Origin: Laetmonice hystrix
Taxonomy: Eukaryota
Direction of reading: 5' to 3'
NCBI GenBank assembly: GCA_965235115.1
Contig: OZ249450.1
Coordinates: 16,740,001-16,804,000 of the forward strand
DNA length: 64,000 nt
The notes beneath the pieces were generated by a model. It was given only the letters and a program-made list of their open reading frames with translations. It did no database searches and was not told where the DNA came from. Below are positions 23,095-34,201 of this stretch, in pieces. How positions within the stretch are numbered: the stretch's first letter is position 1; each line of letters opens with the position of its first letter. The position numbers were made by a program, and so were the translations under genes.

Positions 23095-25386
23095 ATGGAC
23101 TGGCTTGTCATTGTTACCGCTTGGTTGACAGCAATCTCAGTCGGAATCCATGCACTTCACAAAGATACCGGACAAAGTGGCACCGGACAAATTAGTACCG
23201 GACAAAGTAGCGCCGGGGAGATTGGTAAGCGTCAGCCGTATACTGATGGAGCTGACGCTTTAAGCTCCAGGCTTAGGAAGGACGAGTTCCTGGGTGATAC
23301 GGAGGATGAGGTTGAGCCGGCCGAGCAAGACGGTCTGGGAGCTCCTGTCAGTTATATTGACCTGGGGATACGTCACGGTCAACCAAAGTATGGAGTCGAA
23401 AGTCACCAGGAGGACATAGGACACGGGACATGGGACATGGGGCATGGAGAGAAAGGTCAAGGTCAGCGGGACATGGGACATGGAGATAAAGGTCAAGGTC
23501 AGCGAGGATATAATCCCCGACACGGACAACAAGGTCACGGCCAAGGGGGACATAGCCACACGCAAAAGGGACGCAGTCACGTGCACAGTGACGTGCATAA
23601 GGGGCACAGTGACGTACATTCGTTCAAACATATCGGACATGACGTTGACGTTGACGCACCCAATGGTGACGGAGTGTTACGTCACGGTGGTCACGGGAAG
23701 ACGAACTCCTGGGAGTACGGATACGGAGAACTGGAGCATGAACTGGCGCGCAGTCAGGCTGGAGACCGCTATGACGGTCATGACAAGCAGGGTCACGACG
23801 GTCATGACGGGAGTAGTCATGACGGGCAGGGATACGTCTACGGCCACTTGGTGGAAGACAATGAATTTTGGGACCAGGATCGAGGTCACGGAGACGCGGA
23901 CAGTGGACCTGCGCAGGACGGTCCGGATCTCAGAGATGGGGAGCTGGTGGCTAGTCACGTGATGTACCCAAACCGAGGTCAATCAGGAGAGGTCACCGGA
24001 AGCACTGGGCGTCATTACAAGGGGAATTCCCCTGGTGGTGGCCGGGGGAATCACAATCAGGACGTGCATGGCCGGAAATGGGAGAGCCGAGGAAAATACA
24101 AGGGGCAAAGAGAGGAAACGGAAGAGGAGGAAGCGAACGAAACGGAAGAAGGGGAGTTTACTGAGGACTTTATGGAGCTCAGTGAAGAACACCACAGACT
24201 CTGGGAGACATTACGTCAGAAGCATGCGAAGGCGATGCAAGAAAGACTCAGTAAAAATGAGATGAAACTAAAGACCCAAGCACTCCAAGGGATGAATTAC
24301 AGCGACCAGTATTCTGAAAGATCACGTCCGAGGCAGGATACGCGTGGAGGGCAAAGGCGGGTAGGACCTCCGCCCGAGGCAAAGAAATACATGCCCAGAG
24401 AACGAAGTCATGGCCGCCGTGGTTACCTTGGTGACGTGCCGCGTCGACCTCTGGGAAGAACTGCTCGAAAAGACAACCATGACAGGTTTGACCGGACCGA
24501 CTCAAAACACAACCATCACAGCACGAGGAGGCACAGTCACGGTAGGCATCGGCAAGCCGACAGACAGATCTACGATAAACATATCCGCCGAGGTCATGGC
24601 CGCCCTGCGCAGGCGCACACTCGTGGGAGGAAATATATTAAACAAGGTGAAAAAAGGAGAAATCGTGGCCCCATGGAACCCCGGCACGTCAGGGAGGATA
24701 GAGAACTGATAGAGTCTGATAGAGAACAACGGTATCACGACAGAACCCATCAGAAGAATGTCAGACATGTCAAGAACAGACACGTTGGGCGCCATCCTAA
24801 ACGGAAGCATTTTTACAGGGAAAATGGCCACCGGAACCATCGACTTGAAGGGACGCCTGCGCATTCACCCGACCATGACCGGAGTTATACGAACCATAGG
24901 CAGGGCGGCAAGACCGTTGAGTCACGTGACCGGCGGCGGAAGGCTGAGCATATCCCGGAAGGAAGGAAATACGAGAACAAAGGATTCTGGGAAGACGAGC
25001 GGGTGAATGTTATAGGTCCTGCAGATGACGAAGCTTGGAACAAAAATAGCCAGGTGGAGAGAAAGAGTTACACGGACATAGCAATCGAGGACAGTGACGG
25101 CCACAGTCACGGCCGTGACGGTCACGTGTCTGCTAAGAGCACCTTTGGTGACGGAGGCTACGGTCACGGAACCAACAGTTACGGTATGCGCAACTTCGCC
25201 AAATCTGTCTACGGAAAGGGCAATTCTGGGAAGTCCCTTGGCGGCCACTATATCATGGGGAACTCGGCGTTCCAGAAGGCGCTGCGTACGGGGTTCTCCG
25301 TGCCCGTGCACGAGTACGACGAGAACAAGGACGGGGTGCCGGACGCCCTCGACATGAACCGTGACGGCAAACTGGACGACCTCTGA
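23095..25386 (+). CDS. Secreted His/Gly/Asp- and Arg/His-rich low-complexity protein, intronless, 763 aa
   Basis: Uninterrupted 2.3-kb ORF. Signal peptide MDWLVIVTAWLTAISVGIHA, GHG/GHD-rich acidic part, poly-Glu block, Arg/His-rich part, and C-terminal DENKDG..DMNRDG motifs. ATG 23095 is preferred over 22990 because the TATA box lies between them. Confidence 0.85.
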   Translation: MDWLVIVTAWLTAISVGIHALHKDTGQSGTGQISTGQSSAGEIGKRQPYTDGADALSSRLRKDEFLGDTEDEVEPAEQDGLGAPVSYIDLGIRHGQPKYGVESHQEDIGHGTWDMGHGEKGQGQRDMGHGDKGQGQRGYNPRHGQQGHGQGGHSHTQKGRSHVHSDVHKGHSDVHSFKHIGHDVDVDAPNGDGVLRHGGHGKTNSWEYGYGELEHELARSQAGDRYDGHDKQGHDGHDGSSHDGQGYVYGHLVEDNEFWDQDRGHGDADSGPAQDGPDLRDGELVASHVMYPNRGQSGEVTGSTGRHYKGNSPGGGRGNHNQDVHGRKWESRGKYKGQREETEEEEANETEEGEFTEDFMELSEEHHRLWETLRQKHAKAMQERLSKNEMKLKTQALQGMNYSDQYSERSRPRQDTRGGQRRVGPPPEAKKYMPRERSHGRRGYLGDVPRRPLGRTARKDNHDRFDRTDSKHNHHSTRRHSHGRHRQADRQIYDKHIRRGHGRPAQAHTRGRKYIKQGEKRRNRGPMEPRHVREDRELIESDREQRYHDRTHQKNVRHVKNRHVGRHPKRKHFYRENGHRNHRLEGTPAHSPDHDRSYTNHRQGGKTVESRDRRRKAEHIPEGRKYENKGFWEDERVNVIGPADDEAWNKNSQVERKSYTDIAIEDSDGHSHGRDGHVSAKSTFGDGGYGHGTNSYGMRNFAKSVYGKGNSGKSLGGHYIMGNSAFQKALRTGFSVPVHEYDENKDGVPDALDMNRDGKLDDL

Positions 25387-27094
25387 CGGACAACGCGCAC
25401 ACTAACCGCCCAACAACACTGCCACAGGTAGGCAAGGGCTTAAAGGCTGTGACATAAATATATTTGAACCGAAATCGCATGTGGAAGTCTCTGAAACCAT
25501 AAATTGGGGCCGCGAGTGCGTGCGTTTCACTCCCTCTGTTCGCATGATTCGGCTGTGTATGATGCCGTGACGGTAATGATTACACGTGCATTATATCCAT
25601 GAAATGGCTGAAAACATACCGAGGACTTGAAGCTTCCCACGGAAAGATTTGAAAATAACTGCGTTTTGGTTGGTTTTTAGTGATTCGTCGGTTGTTTTCC
25701 CGCCACTGAGTGTATAGGTCGCTGGGGGACATCTCTGCTGACATTCATTGGTTCCCCGCTGGCATGGTGACGTACTGCTTCCGCCCACCACGCCATGTTA
25801 ATGATAGTTAAACTAGACAGCTGGTCCGTTAAACCGTTACCCTTTAAACCGAGCCGTTAAACTCGGCACTGACTGCAAGGCAGGAGGAACTTACGGCCAT
25901 ATACAGTTGGATTATACTGTATGGATAAAACAAGAAGAAGGGCATAGAAATAATCAACATTATACAAGTATCAGCGGCAACCGTGCCCCGTGCAAATCAT
26001 TGCCCAGAATAGTATCGGCACAGGTGTGTGGATACTGTACCTGTTCTAGGAATGGTATGCGATATTATATCGCCTATACAAGAGTGCGCATATAAGTAAA
26101 GAAAGATAGATATAATTTCACAATGATTATGTAGGATTTCATATGTTCATGATCAACCTAAACATTGGTAGGCCTATTTTTGTATCTCCTGAGTATTGTG
26201 TAGTGTACTTTATATACTCTAATAAATACAATGCGTGTCTGTAAAATGTAAAGTAAATCCCGACATTTTTTATAACGTCAATCTCGCCATTAATCATAAT
26301 GTTATTTGCCTATTGATGGTTGTTTCCGAGCAGGCAGCTAATTGTATTGACGAAAGTAAAATCCGACTATAGATAAAGCACCAGATTATATAGTCCCCTT
26401 GGGGGCCGACTGTGACACTGCGAACTCCCCTAGGGCGGACAGGGAGTGGGGGGGGGGGGGGGGGGCTGAGCTATAGTTAGCCCGGAAGTCGCGGTTAGAG
26501 ATTCCGACAATCCACCTTACATCAATCGCTTCACAACACGCCGACCGACACTAAAAACAAACATGGCGCACCTCACTGATGCCCCCGGCAAAATAACACA
26601 ATGGGTTATTTCACAATGGTTATACATTGACACAGAATGGGAGGGGGGGGGGTGTCCGCTAGGTTTAGGATTGAGGCAGAGAATAGTGATAGAATTTTAG
26701 TTTTTACCCCTCATATTTCTTTAAGATGTTACCATGGAGAATTTGCTGTTCAATTACTCAATTATAAACTCGACTGCATGAGACAGGCACTGGCGCCGGA
26801 GGATATTGAGAAAGATATTCCCTGTTGCCCGACCAATACTAAATCTGATACCCAGCAAGGGGGGCAAAGTCTCCCAATTCTCAATCTGGGGAGGGCTTAC
26901 CCCCTCACCCTTTACCCCCGGTTCCGACGCCTATGGATGGACCTTTGTTTGAATCAAATTAACACGGCCGATGCAAGGGTGGGAAAGGCTATATGGAAAT
27001 ACAAAGTTAAATCTACGTAATGTTTTCCTTGCAGGATCCATGGCTGTTAAAATCATTACTTACCAGGAACAGCCTACGTTACCAGTAGGAAGAT

Positions 27095-27485
27095 ATTACG
27101 TCACTGAAGGGGGTTACCAGGGGAATGTTACGTCACTGGACAGGTTACCAAGGAAATGGTACGTACGTCACTAGAGGCGTTACCAAGGAGATGTTACGTC
27201 ACTGGAGAGGTTACCCTGAAGATGTTACGTCACTGAGAAGTTGCCATAAAGAAGTTAAGTGACCCTGAAGATGTTACGTCACCGAGAAGTTGCCATGAAG
27301 AAGTTACGTCACTGAAGACGTTACCAAGGAGATGTTACGTCACTGGAGAGGTTACCATGAAGATGTTACATCACTACAAACGTTACCAAGGAGATGTGAC
27401 GTCACTGGAGACTTTACCAGGGAGATGTTACGTCACTGGAGACGTTATATCAGGCTGATGTTACGTTACTGAAGTGAAGTAGTTA
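27095..27485. repeat. Degenerate minisatellite, about 31 bp x about 12
   Basis: Unit GTTACGTCACTGGAGA(G/C)GTTACCA(A/T)G(G/A)AGAT. Confidence 0.9.
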
Positions 27486-27929
27486 CCAGATAGCTTGATC
27501 ATGCTACTGGGTTAGACACGCGACATCTACAAACAACTTTCCCATTTCTCGGGCAACGAATGAGAAAAAAGTCTGAAATGCATGTAGACGTTAACCAAAT
27601 GCTCACAAAATGTTTCAGTGGTTCAAAAATATTTATCGCAGTATGTGCTTTAGAATAACATGAACTGTACCAGGATTGGGAATGTGCGACCTCGCTCGTC
27701 AATGGCGAGAAGCCCATTCATTAAATTATAAATAAACCATACAACCATAAAAGGTAAATATTTTTACGATTATGAATGCCACATAGATCTACGAGCTAGC
27801 GGCGTATATGCTGTGTCAGCGGAAGGACGGACGCGCAGGCGCAGTGTCCGGCTGGGGGGGGGGGGCAGGGCGTGTTTCCGGTTTCCGGCAGCGTAGTTCT
27901 CTGTGGTACGGAGATCTGGGGCGGCTGAG

Positions 27930-28028
27930 TACGTGATAGGCGTGGCCCACGTGATAGTTCCGATCACGTGATAGCCGCTGATGACATGATAGAGGATGAC
28001 CACGTGATGGTCGTTGAGCACGTGATAG
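27930..28028. promoter_or_regulatory. Periodic CACGTGATAG (E-box/GATA-like) cluster
   Basis: Motif or variant at 27930, 27948, 27965, 27984, 28001 and 28019, spaced 17-19 bp apart. Confidence 0.4.
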
Positions 28029-28315
28029 CCGCTGAGGCGCGATATCCTTCATTCCGAGAGCATGTATTCGGACAGAACAGGACTATGTACAAGGAACCCT
28101 TCAAGCACGGAAACCCGTCCTGGGAGGAAACTGGGGAAACTGGACACTTGTATGGCTATCTTGGGAGACTAGATGCAGCTTTTTTCTTATTTGTGAAACA
28201 GATTTGATAAATCCCTAACTGTAGTAGCGTTTTGTTGATGCAATACTTTATGAAAACTGAACGCCAATGACCAGCATACTTCAACATGGAAACCGGAAGT
28301 GGTTTATAACGGTGA

Positions 28316-28517
28316 GTCTGTCCCTCCCTGACAGACTCTGCCGTGGTGCGGGATACCCAACCAATCCCACATCACGGCACCTGCTGAATCATGACAGGTC
28401 TGTCGCTCCCTGACAAGTCTGTCCCTCCCTGACAGATCTGTCCCTTCCTGACAGACTCTGCCGTGGTGCGAGATGCCCAACCAATCCCACATCACGGCAC
28501 CTGCTGAATCATGACAG
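28316..28517. repeat. 120-bp-period duplication with about 20-bp sub-repeats
   Basis: ACAGACTCTGCCGTGGTGCG...CTGCTGAATCATGACAG at 28331 and 28451. Confidence 0.85.
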
Positions 28518-29548
28518 TCAAATCAGTATTTGATGATTGTTTAGAAATTAATTTACAATACTCATTGCTTTCTTATTGGCGTTATCTGCTAGCTTTTACC
28601 GGGGATATAAAACAAATACATGAATCGTGAATGACTTCAGGTCTTTATGGCAGTTTGATGTTTCAGTGATACTATAACTCATGAACTAATAACGTGACGT
28701 TAAGTAGCTAGCAGGGTCTGGAAATCTTTAATATATCAACAACTAATGACGGTAAGCGAGACGCAAGGGTTCCGACCGTCAAACGTTACGTCAGACGCTT
28801 ACGTCTAAAAAGGTGTTGACTAATAAAAAATTAAGTATGAAAAATAACGTATGGATTGATGCAAAGAATTGAAAAGCTCACCTATCCGCGTTCCTGTGGA
28901 AACTATAAACGGAAATTCCTCCTTCGGTATGAATATTCGAAGGAAAATACCACAAATATAGAAACTGATGCCTACGATACAACATATGCGTGAACCCAGG
29001 TGAAAGCAAATATGCGGATGCACCTGGGGGTCTGGTTTTTTTCTTATTCATTTAGGGGCGGACGAGTTTATACCGGGGGGGGCTATGTTTTTTTTTCTTC
29101 CTGAGCAAACGTTTTCTTCGCCCCCAGGTCGAAGCTATCTATTTTTTCCGCTACGACCATTAATCTAAGTATTTTTCCCATTTATATGGAACTATTTTTT
29201 TTTATGTAGTTTGATGAACAAACTATTTTTTCCTGTATTTGCATGGTGAACAGATTTTTTTTAAACAAACCATATCCCCCCACCCCCACGTATCAAATGG
29301 TCCGCCCCTTAAATACCTATGAATAGGCCTAACATTTAAGACGTCGGGTGTTCACCTTGCCACATGAATGAGTAGGCGGTACGGATCAATGACGGAAACA
29401 GCCGAGAAGTCCCGAACAATAATCGAGACCGGTAAGCCTGTATCAGCTGACGTCACTGCGGCAGGTCTGGGCAGGTCAGGGCAGTACACGGCTCGTGTCT
29501 GGCACCGGCCCAGCGAGGCGGCCATGGCGGCGGGGAGACCGGAGTTGG

Positions 29549-29668
29549 TATATAAAGGCCTGGGTCCCGGCGACCGGTTTCAATTGATCAGCGGATCTCA
29601 GACGGAGGCGATCGAGCCGAGCACACACTGACTGACTGAGCAAGCACAGAATTATCGGGGCTCTGTCT
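29549..29668 (+). promoter_or_regulatory. TATA box and non-coding first exon of the RNF216-like gene
   Basis: TATATAAAGG at 29549, Inr-like TCAATT at about 29580, donor CT|GTAAGT after 29668, and acceptor tttctag| at 30470 just upstream of ATG 30491. Confidence 0.55.
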
Positions 29669-30490
29669 GTAAGTATGGTCTGTGTATACCACGTGCTCAC
29701 CATAAAATTGCACCCGATGTAGGCCTAATAAAAAATGAAGTCCAACCAAGAATAGGAGAAAATCAATGTCACACTGGGTAGTTCCACATCAATGTTACAC
29801 TGGGTATTTCCACTGCGCCACGGGACATCTGTGACAAGGCGTTCACAATGGCAGATCATAGATCTAGGTATGGTGTCCTGCGACCATATGAGGCTGTAAA
29901 TTATTAGTATTTCAATTTATTTTTTTTCCACATTTTATTTTTTGCCGTGGGTAGAAAAGGGCCGAAATCAATAGGCCTGTACGTGTTCCTGTGGCAGGAG
30001 GTGCTTCCTCTATATAAAATGATTACTGTCAGTCCTATAAACAGAATAACAATCTATCTAGCATTCACCCAATCTTCTGGTAGGCCTATTGTGCAATGAT
30101 TTAAACACAAGCTGAGACAAGTGCTGCGTTAGGCCTATTATAGATATAAACGTCGGTCGCCCCTGCATAGTCGGATCAAAGATCCTTATCTGTGCCAATG
30201 ATTTTAACAAACATGCACAATGTAAGAGCCTCTTCCTCAGGTATATTATGACAGTGGTTCGACCAGTTCTGTCTATATGAGTCATACGTATTCCTGTCTG
30301 ATATTGCACAACATGCTGAAATGAACGGTGACGTCAGATGCCGCTAGGTGGAGGTGCAATCGCAACTTGTGTTTTGAGTGAGTCGGTCCCTGTGAATGAT
30401 CTGGGTTAGACCTGGAGCCACTTATAATTTGTATAAGTGTGTCTGACATGTCTGAACTAATCATTTCTAGCACGGCAAGAATTATACACC

Positions 30491-31538
30491 ATGGAACTCC
30501 AGCGGAATCTGAGAAAAAGGCCATCATACACTCCACCTAGTGGTGGTTGTCCAAACAAGCGGGCCAGAATGAGCGTCTGTGAAGACGGGGCATCCTCCTC
30601 AAAGGGCGGCGACCCCGACGGCGTCCAAACTCTCCACAGACCGCGTCGCCATAGCAACAGACGGACGCCGCCGACTCGCGCGCCGTCTGTGGGAATCGGC
30701 TACTGGTCCCTGCGCAGTTACGGGACACCAGGGGTCGCGCCAGTCGTCCGCTCACTCAGCGCAGAGAGCGATGAGTGCGCAGAGAGAGATGAGTGCTCAG
30801 AGAGAGATGAGTGCGGGTCGAAGCTAGCGACTGGGGATCCGAAAACACGGACTGTAAAACGAATCTCGAGCACTAACATCATCGACGTGACAGTTTCTAA
30901 ACGAGTTCCTCTCTCCAGAGACTCTCAACTTCAGTTAGACCTGCCTCGACCGACACAAACAATCTGTGAGGGTGATGACGTCGCGCAGAATCCAGCGGAA
31001 CCAATGGACACTGAGGCTACTCCTTGCCTCTCCCAACCGCTAGGTGGCGGGCCGATGGACACTGAGACACTGCCCAGTGGCCAGACATGCCCTGGAGGAC
31101 CAACCCTGGAGGAGGAGATTGAACGGGTCGCCGAGGTTCACCCTGAATGTGACCCCGATTACATCCGGAAACTACTGCTCCGTCATGACGAGACTGACCG
31201 AGTGTCGACCGTGACGTTTGACCTGTTTGACACCGAGGACTTCCCGACTAGAGCCGAACGCGAGCTCCGGCAGCAGAGGGACGCTGAGCGTCTGACGTTG
31301 GCCAACCTGTCCTGTCCGGTAGGAGAGTTTCTACAGAAGTACCCCGACCCCAAGGTTACATTTTATGACCAAACCGTTGAGGTAGACGAACTCTACGTGG
31401 AGCACGTGGTCACTGCACTCCGAAATGAATTCCGTATGATACCAGTCACTTACATCCGGGAATGTGTGCGTCGTCATGGTTACCGACTTGCACCAACTTA
31501 TCAGGAATTAAAAGGCAACGCAAAAACCTACACTGGCA
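30491..31538 (+). CDS. RNF216/TRIAD3-like RBR E3 ubiquitin ligase, coding exon 1 (low-complexity N-terminus plus CUE-like helical region)
   Basis: ATG in accATGG. Contains LRNEFRMIPVTYIR...LAPTYQEL. Phase-1 donor A|GTAAGT. Confidence 0.85.
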
Positions 31539-31708
31539 GTAAGTAATGTAATTTATGTTGCCTATAAAGAAATAGTATCTCTAATTGTCAAATATAGGAC
31601 AATATAACTTTAATCAAAATATAAGGAAACACTTACACACACACCATTTATCTAACCAAATAGAAATCTGTACTTTATTTCCACTGAAGATCCTTTTGTT
31701 TTTTCTAG

Positions 31709-31840
31709 AACCTCCCTGTTTGAGAAGGAGCCGGAAGTACATGCGAACACCCCGTCAGTACGCGAAGGAGATGCCCGAGGAGCCTGATCGTGACTTCTAC
31801 TGGGAACTTCTCTACGTGAAACACGAGCAAGACATTCTAG
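31709..31840 (+). CDS. RNF216-like E3 ligase, coding exon 2
   Basis: tttttctag|..PPCLRRSRK...DFYWELLYVKHEQDIL G|GTAAAC, phase 1-1. Confidence 0.85.
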
Positions 31841-32058
31841 GTAAACCATCTATCTGTCTGATTACATACACAATGAACACATGAGATATAACTGTATACC
31901 TCGGATTACCAACGGTCAACAGTACACTAGGGGTAAATACGTTTAATGGCAATCTACTGGAAAAGGAAAAGTATAGAAGAGGGAAAAGATTGAATAATGA
32001 CTGTAAAACCACCGCTCCGCTGCCCCATTTTTGTAGCTGGGTTTCTCTTTACCTACAG

Positions 32059-32494
32059 ACCTGGTGGAAGCAGAACGCCTGGAGAAACAGGTGAGGTACG
32101 AAGCCGCCCGGGAGGCCGGGACGCTGCACACGTGCGCCATCTGTCTACAGGAGGAGGTACTAGAGGACGACATGGTCGCCTGCTCTGCGAACCACCTCTT
32201 CTGTAACACATGCGTGCGCAACTTCGTCACGGAATTACTGGGTCAATGTAGAGGGCGCTTCCCCTGCCTGGATGGAGAGTGCCAAGAGGCGTTTCCTCTG
32301 GCCCGCTTGCAGAGGGTCCTGTCGGAGGAGACCTACAGGATGGTCGTCAGACGGGCTCAGATGGAGGAGGTCCTGCTGGCTAACATTCCAGACATTGTCA
32401 CCTGTCCATTCTGTCCTTATGCCGTCGTCATACCGGACGAGAGTTCGCGTGTGTTCCACTGTGAGAACCCGGACTGCCTCAAGGATTCTTGCAG
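32059..32494 (+). CDS. RNF216-like E3 ligase, coding exon 3 (RING1 and start of IBR)
   Basis: CAIC...CSANHLFCNTC...CLDGEC (RING1) and CPFC...CENPDC...SC (IBR). Phase 1-2. Confidence 0.92.
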
Positions 32495-32637
32495 GTAGGA
32501 ACCAACAATTACAACACCGTATTCTCCTTCCTTGGAGGCCTAAAAAGTAGGCCTCATAGGTTACCGAGAAACTCTGGCATTAGGACCCAGTTCCGCCCTC
32601 TCAATATGAATCTGACCGGGTGTTTCAATATCGCCAG

Positions 32638-32883
32638 GTCATGTAAAAGCCAGAGCCACCTCCCGTTGACTTGCCAAGAGTTTCGCGATAAGCGTGACGT
32701 CACAATGCGTAACTACATCGAGGCTCGTATGGCGGAAGCGATGATCCGGGTGTGTAAGTGTGGCCTGCGGTTTGTGAAGGAGATGGGTTGTAATTACATG
32801 ACGTGTACAACCTGCCAGGCCCACATGTGTTACGTCTGCAGACAGTTCATAGACGGCTACCAACACTTCCGCAAAAACAAAAG
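32638..32883 (+). CDS. RNF216-like E3 ligase, coding exon 4 (end of IBR and RING2)
   Basis: SCKSQSHLPLTC...IEARMAEAMIRVCKC...KEMGCNYMTCTTCQAHMCYVCRQ...GYQHF. The catalytic Cys is in GCNYMTC. Phase 2-2. Confidence 0.92.
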
Positions 32884-33101
32884 GTACGTCGTCAGTCAGT
32901 TTCGGCTAGAAAATGGTGCTAGGTCTAATTTCAAAGTACTTTAAGAGCAAAAGGTTAATTTTTGTGTGTAGGGAGAATCTCTCCTTTGGACCACGTCTAA
33001 GCATAAGGTCTTTATTTCTCCGGAGTACAGGTTTCTTTGTTTTTTATTCAAATCTTCGCATGATTTATGACCGTTAAATGCCCTCTCTCCCCGTCCTGCA
33101 G

Positions 33102-33255
33102 ATGTCAAGGTATGTCCGACATGAGAATGCTTCACGAAGGAGAGATCAAGACAGCCGCTGAGGAGGCGGACCGTGATTTCCGTGAAGAGCACCCAGAACT
33201 GGCCGACGTTGATCGACTTGAACTGTTTGGGTTGTTTCCATCTACCTCAACCTAA
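33102..33255 (+). CDS. RNF216-like E3 ligase, last exon
   Basis: cgtcctgcag|A CQGMSD...HEGEIKTAAEEA...*. The five exons sum to 2016 nt = 671 aa plus stop. Confidence 0.8.
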
Positions 33256-33689
33256 TACAACTGTCTCTCACAGAAAACATCGAAATAACTTGTAAATAAT
33301 GTTACATTAGTGTCCCTGTTGACATGTAGTACATGTCTCATTGTCAGGTGTGTTTGAGGGGTCATTAATCACCCTGGAAAAAAGATCTGTTACTGACGAT
33401 TACTCTTCATTGGTATGAATAATTTATTCCAGACTTTAACGGATTGTGTTACTGGATATAGAGAATAAAATTAATATTCCAGAACTTTAGTCTCTTGTTG
33501 TTCACCAATATTTTGATCAGGGGTTGTTCGAATGTTTGCGCCTAGTGGGGACTGAACTTGACATCTATTGCAACGATGGGTCGAAACTGATTCACAAACA
33601 TCACCATTTCCAAGCCCAGCATGAACGCTAAATGTCGCTTTATTATTCACACAAAACATAACATGTCCTTGACAAAAGAAAATAACTGG

Positions 33690-33773
33690 CAGAGCCTGCA
33701 AGGCTGCCTTCCGGACATTGACCTGTTCACCCGAAACACGACGGCGCAATGTCGAAACCAGCCCCTTACCATC
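33690..33773 (-). pseudogene. Isolated fragment resembling condensin-II subunit D3 (NCAPD3) HEAT repeat
   Basis: DGKGLVSTLRRRVSGEQVNVRKAALQAL recalls LRRR--DEKxNVRK-ALQ-L. No intact splice sites and no flanking exons. Confidence 0.4.
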
Positions 33774-34059
33774 AACCAGGAAGGCCAATAATCGTAATAC
33801 AAAAAGAGGTTATAAAAAATGTCACTAATTTAAAGGCCGACTTTGAGATCGGTCGAGTTTACCTTGGCAAGATGTGGCCATGGCTCGGCCTGGTAGCACC
33901 AGGAAATGCTTTAAACAGTCTCATAGATAGCTATAAATATCAATGGGATATATTATGTCCAATGATCTGCGGGTCTCTCTATAAATCTTTATAAACCTCG
34001 CAGCAAGAGTTGGAGCCTATAATCTAGAACGTTACGCTACCACGCTACCAGGGTTAGGC

Positions 34060-34201
34060 TAATACGAATTAGACGTCCGAACGCCTAGTACAATTAACCC
34101 ACCCAAAGGGTTAATACGAATTGGACGTCCGGACGCCTAGTACAATTAACCCACCCAAAGGGTTAATACGAATTGGACGTCCGAACGCCTAGTACAATTA
34201 A
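34060..34201. repeat. 52-bp tandem repeat x about 2.7, abutting the stop codon of paralog B
   Basis: TAATACGAATTGGACGTCCGAACGCCTAGTACAATTAACCCACCCAAAGGGT at 34060, 34112 and 34164. Confidence 0.9.

Noticed and set aside
23260-25357. Alternative-frame and antisense Thr/Val-rich ORFs
   Set aside because: Shadows of the GGTCAC/GACGGT codon repetition in the His/Gly-rich CDS.
23095-25386. Identity with sea-urchin Transformer (185/333) proteins
   Set aside because: Shares Gly/His richness, but no RGD was seen, there is no leader intron, and the element order differs.
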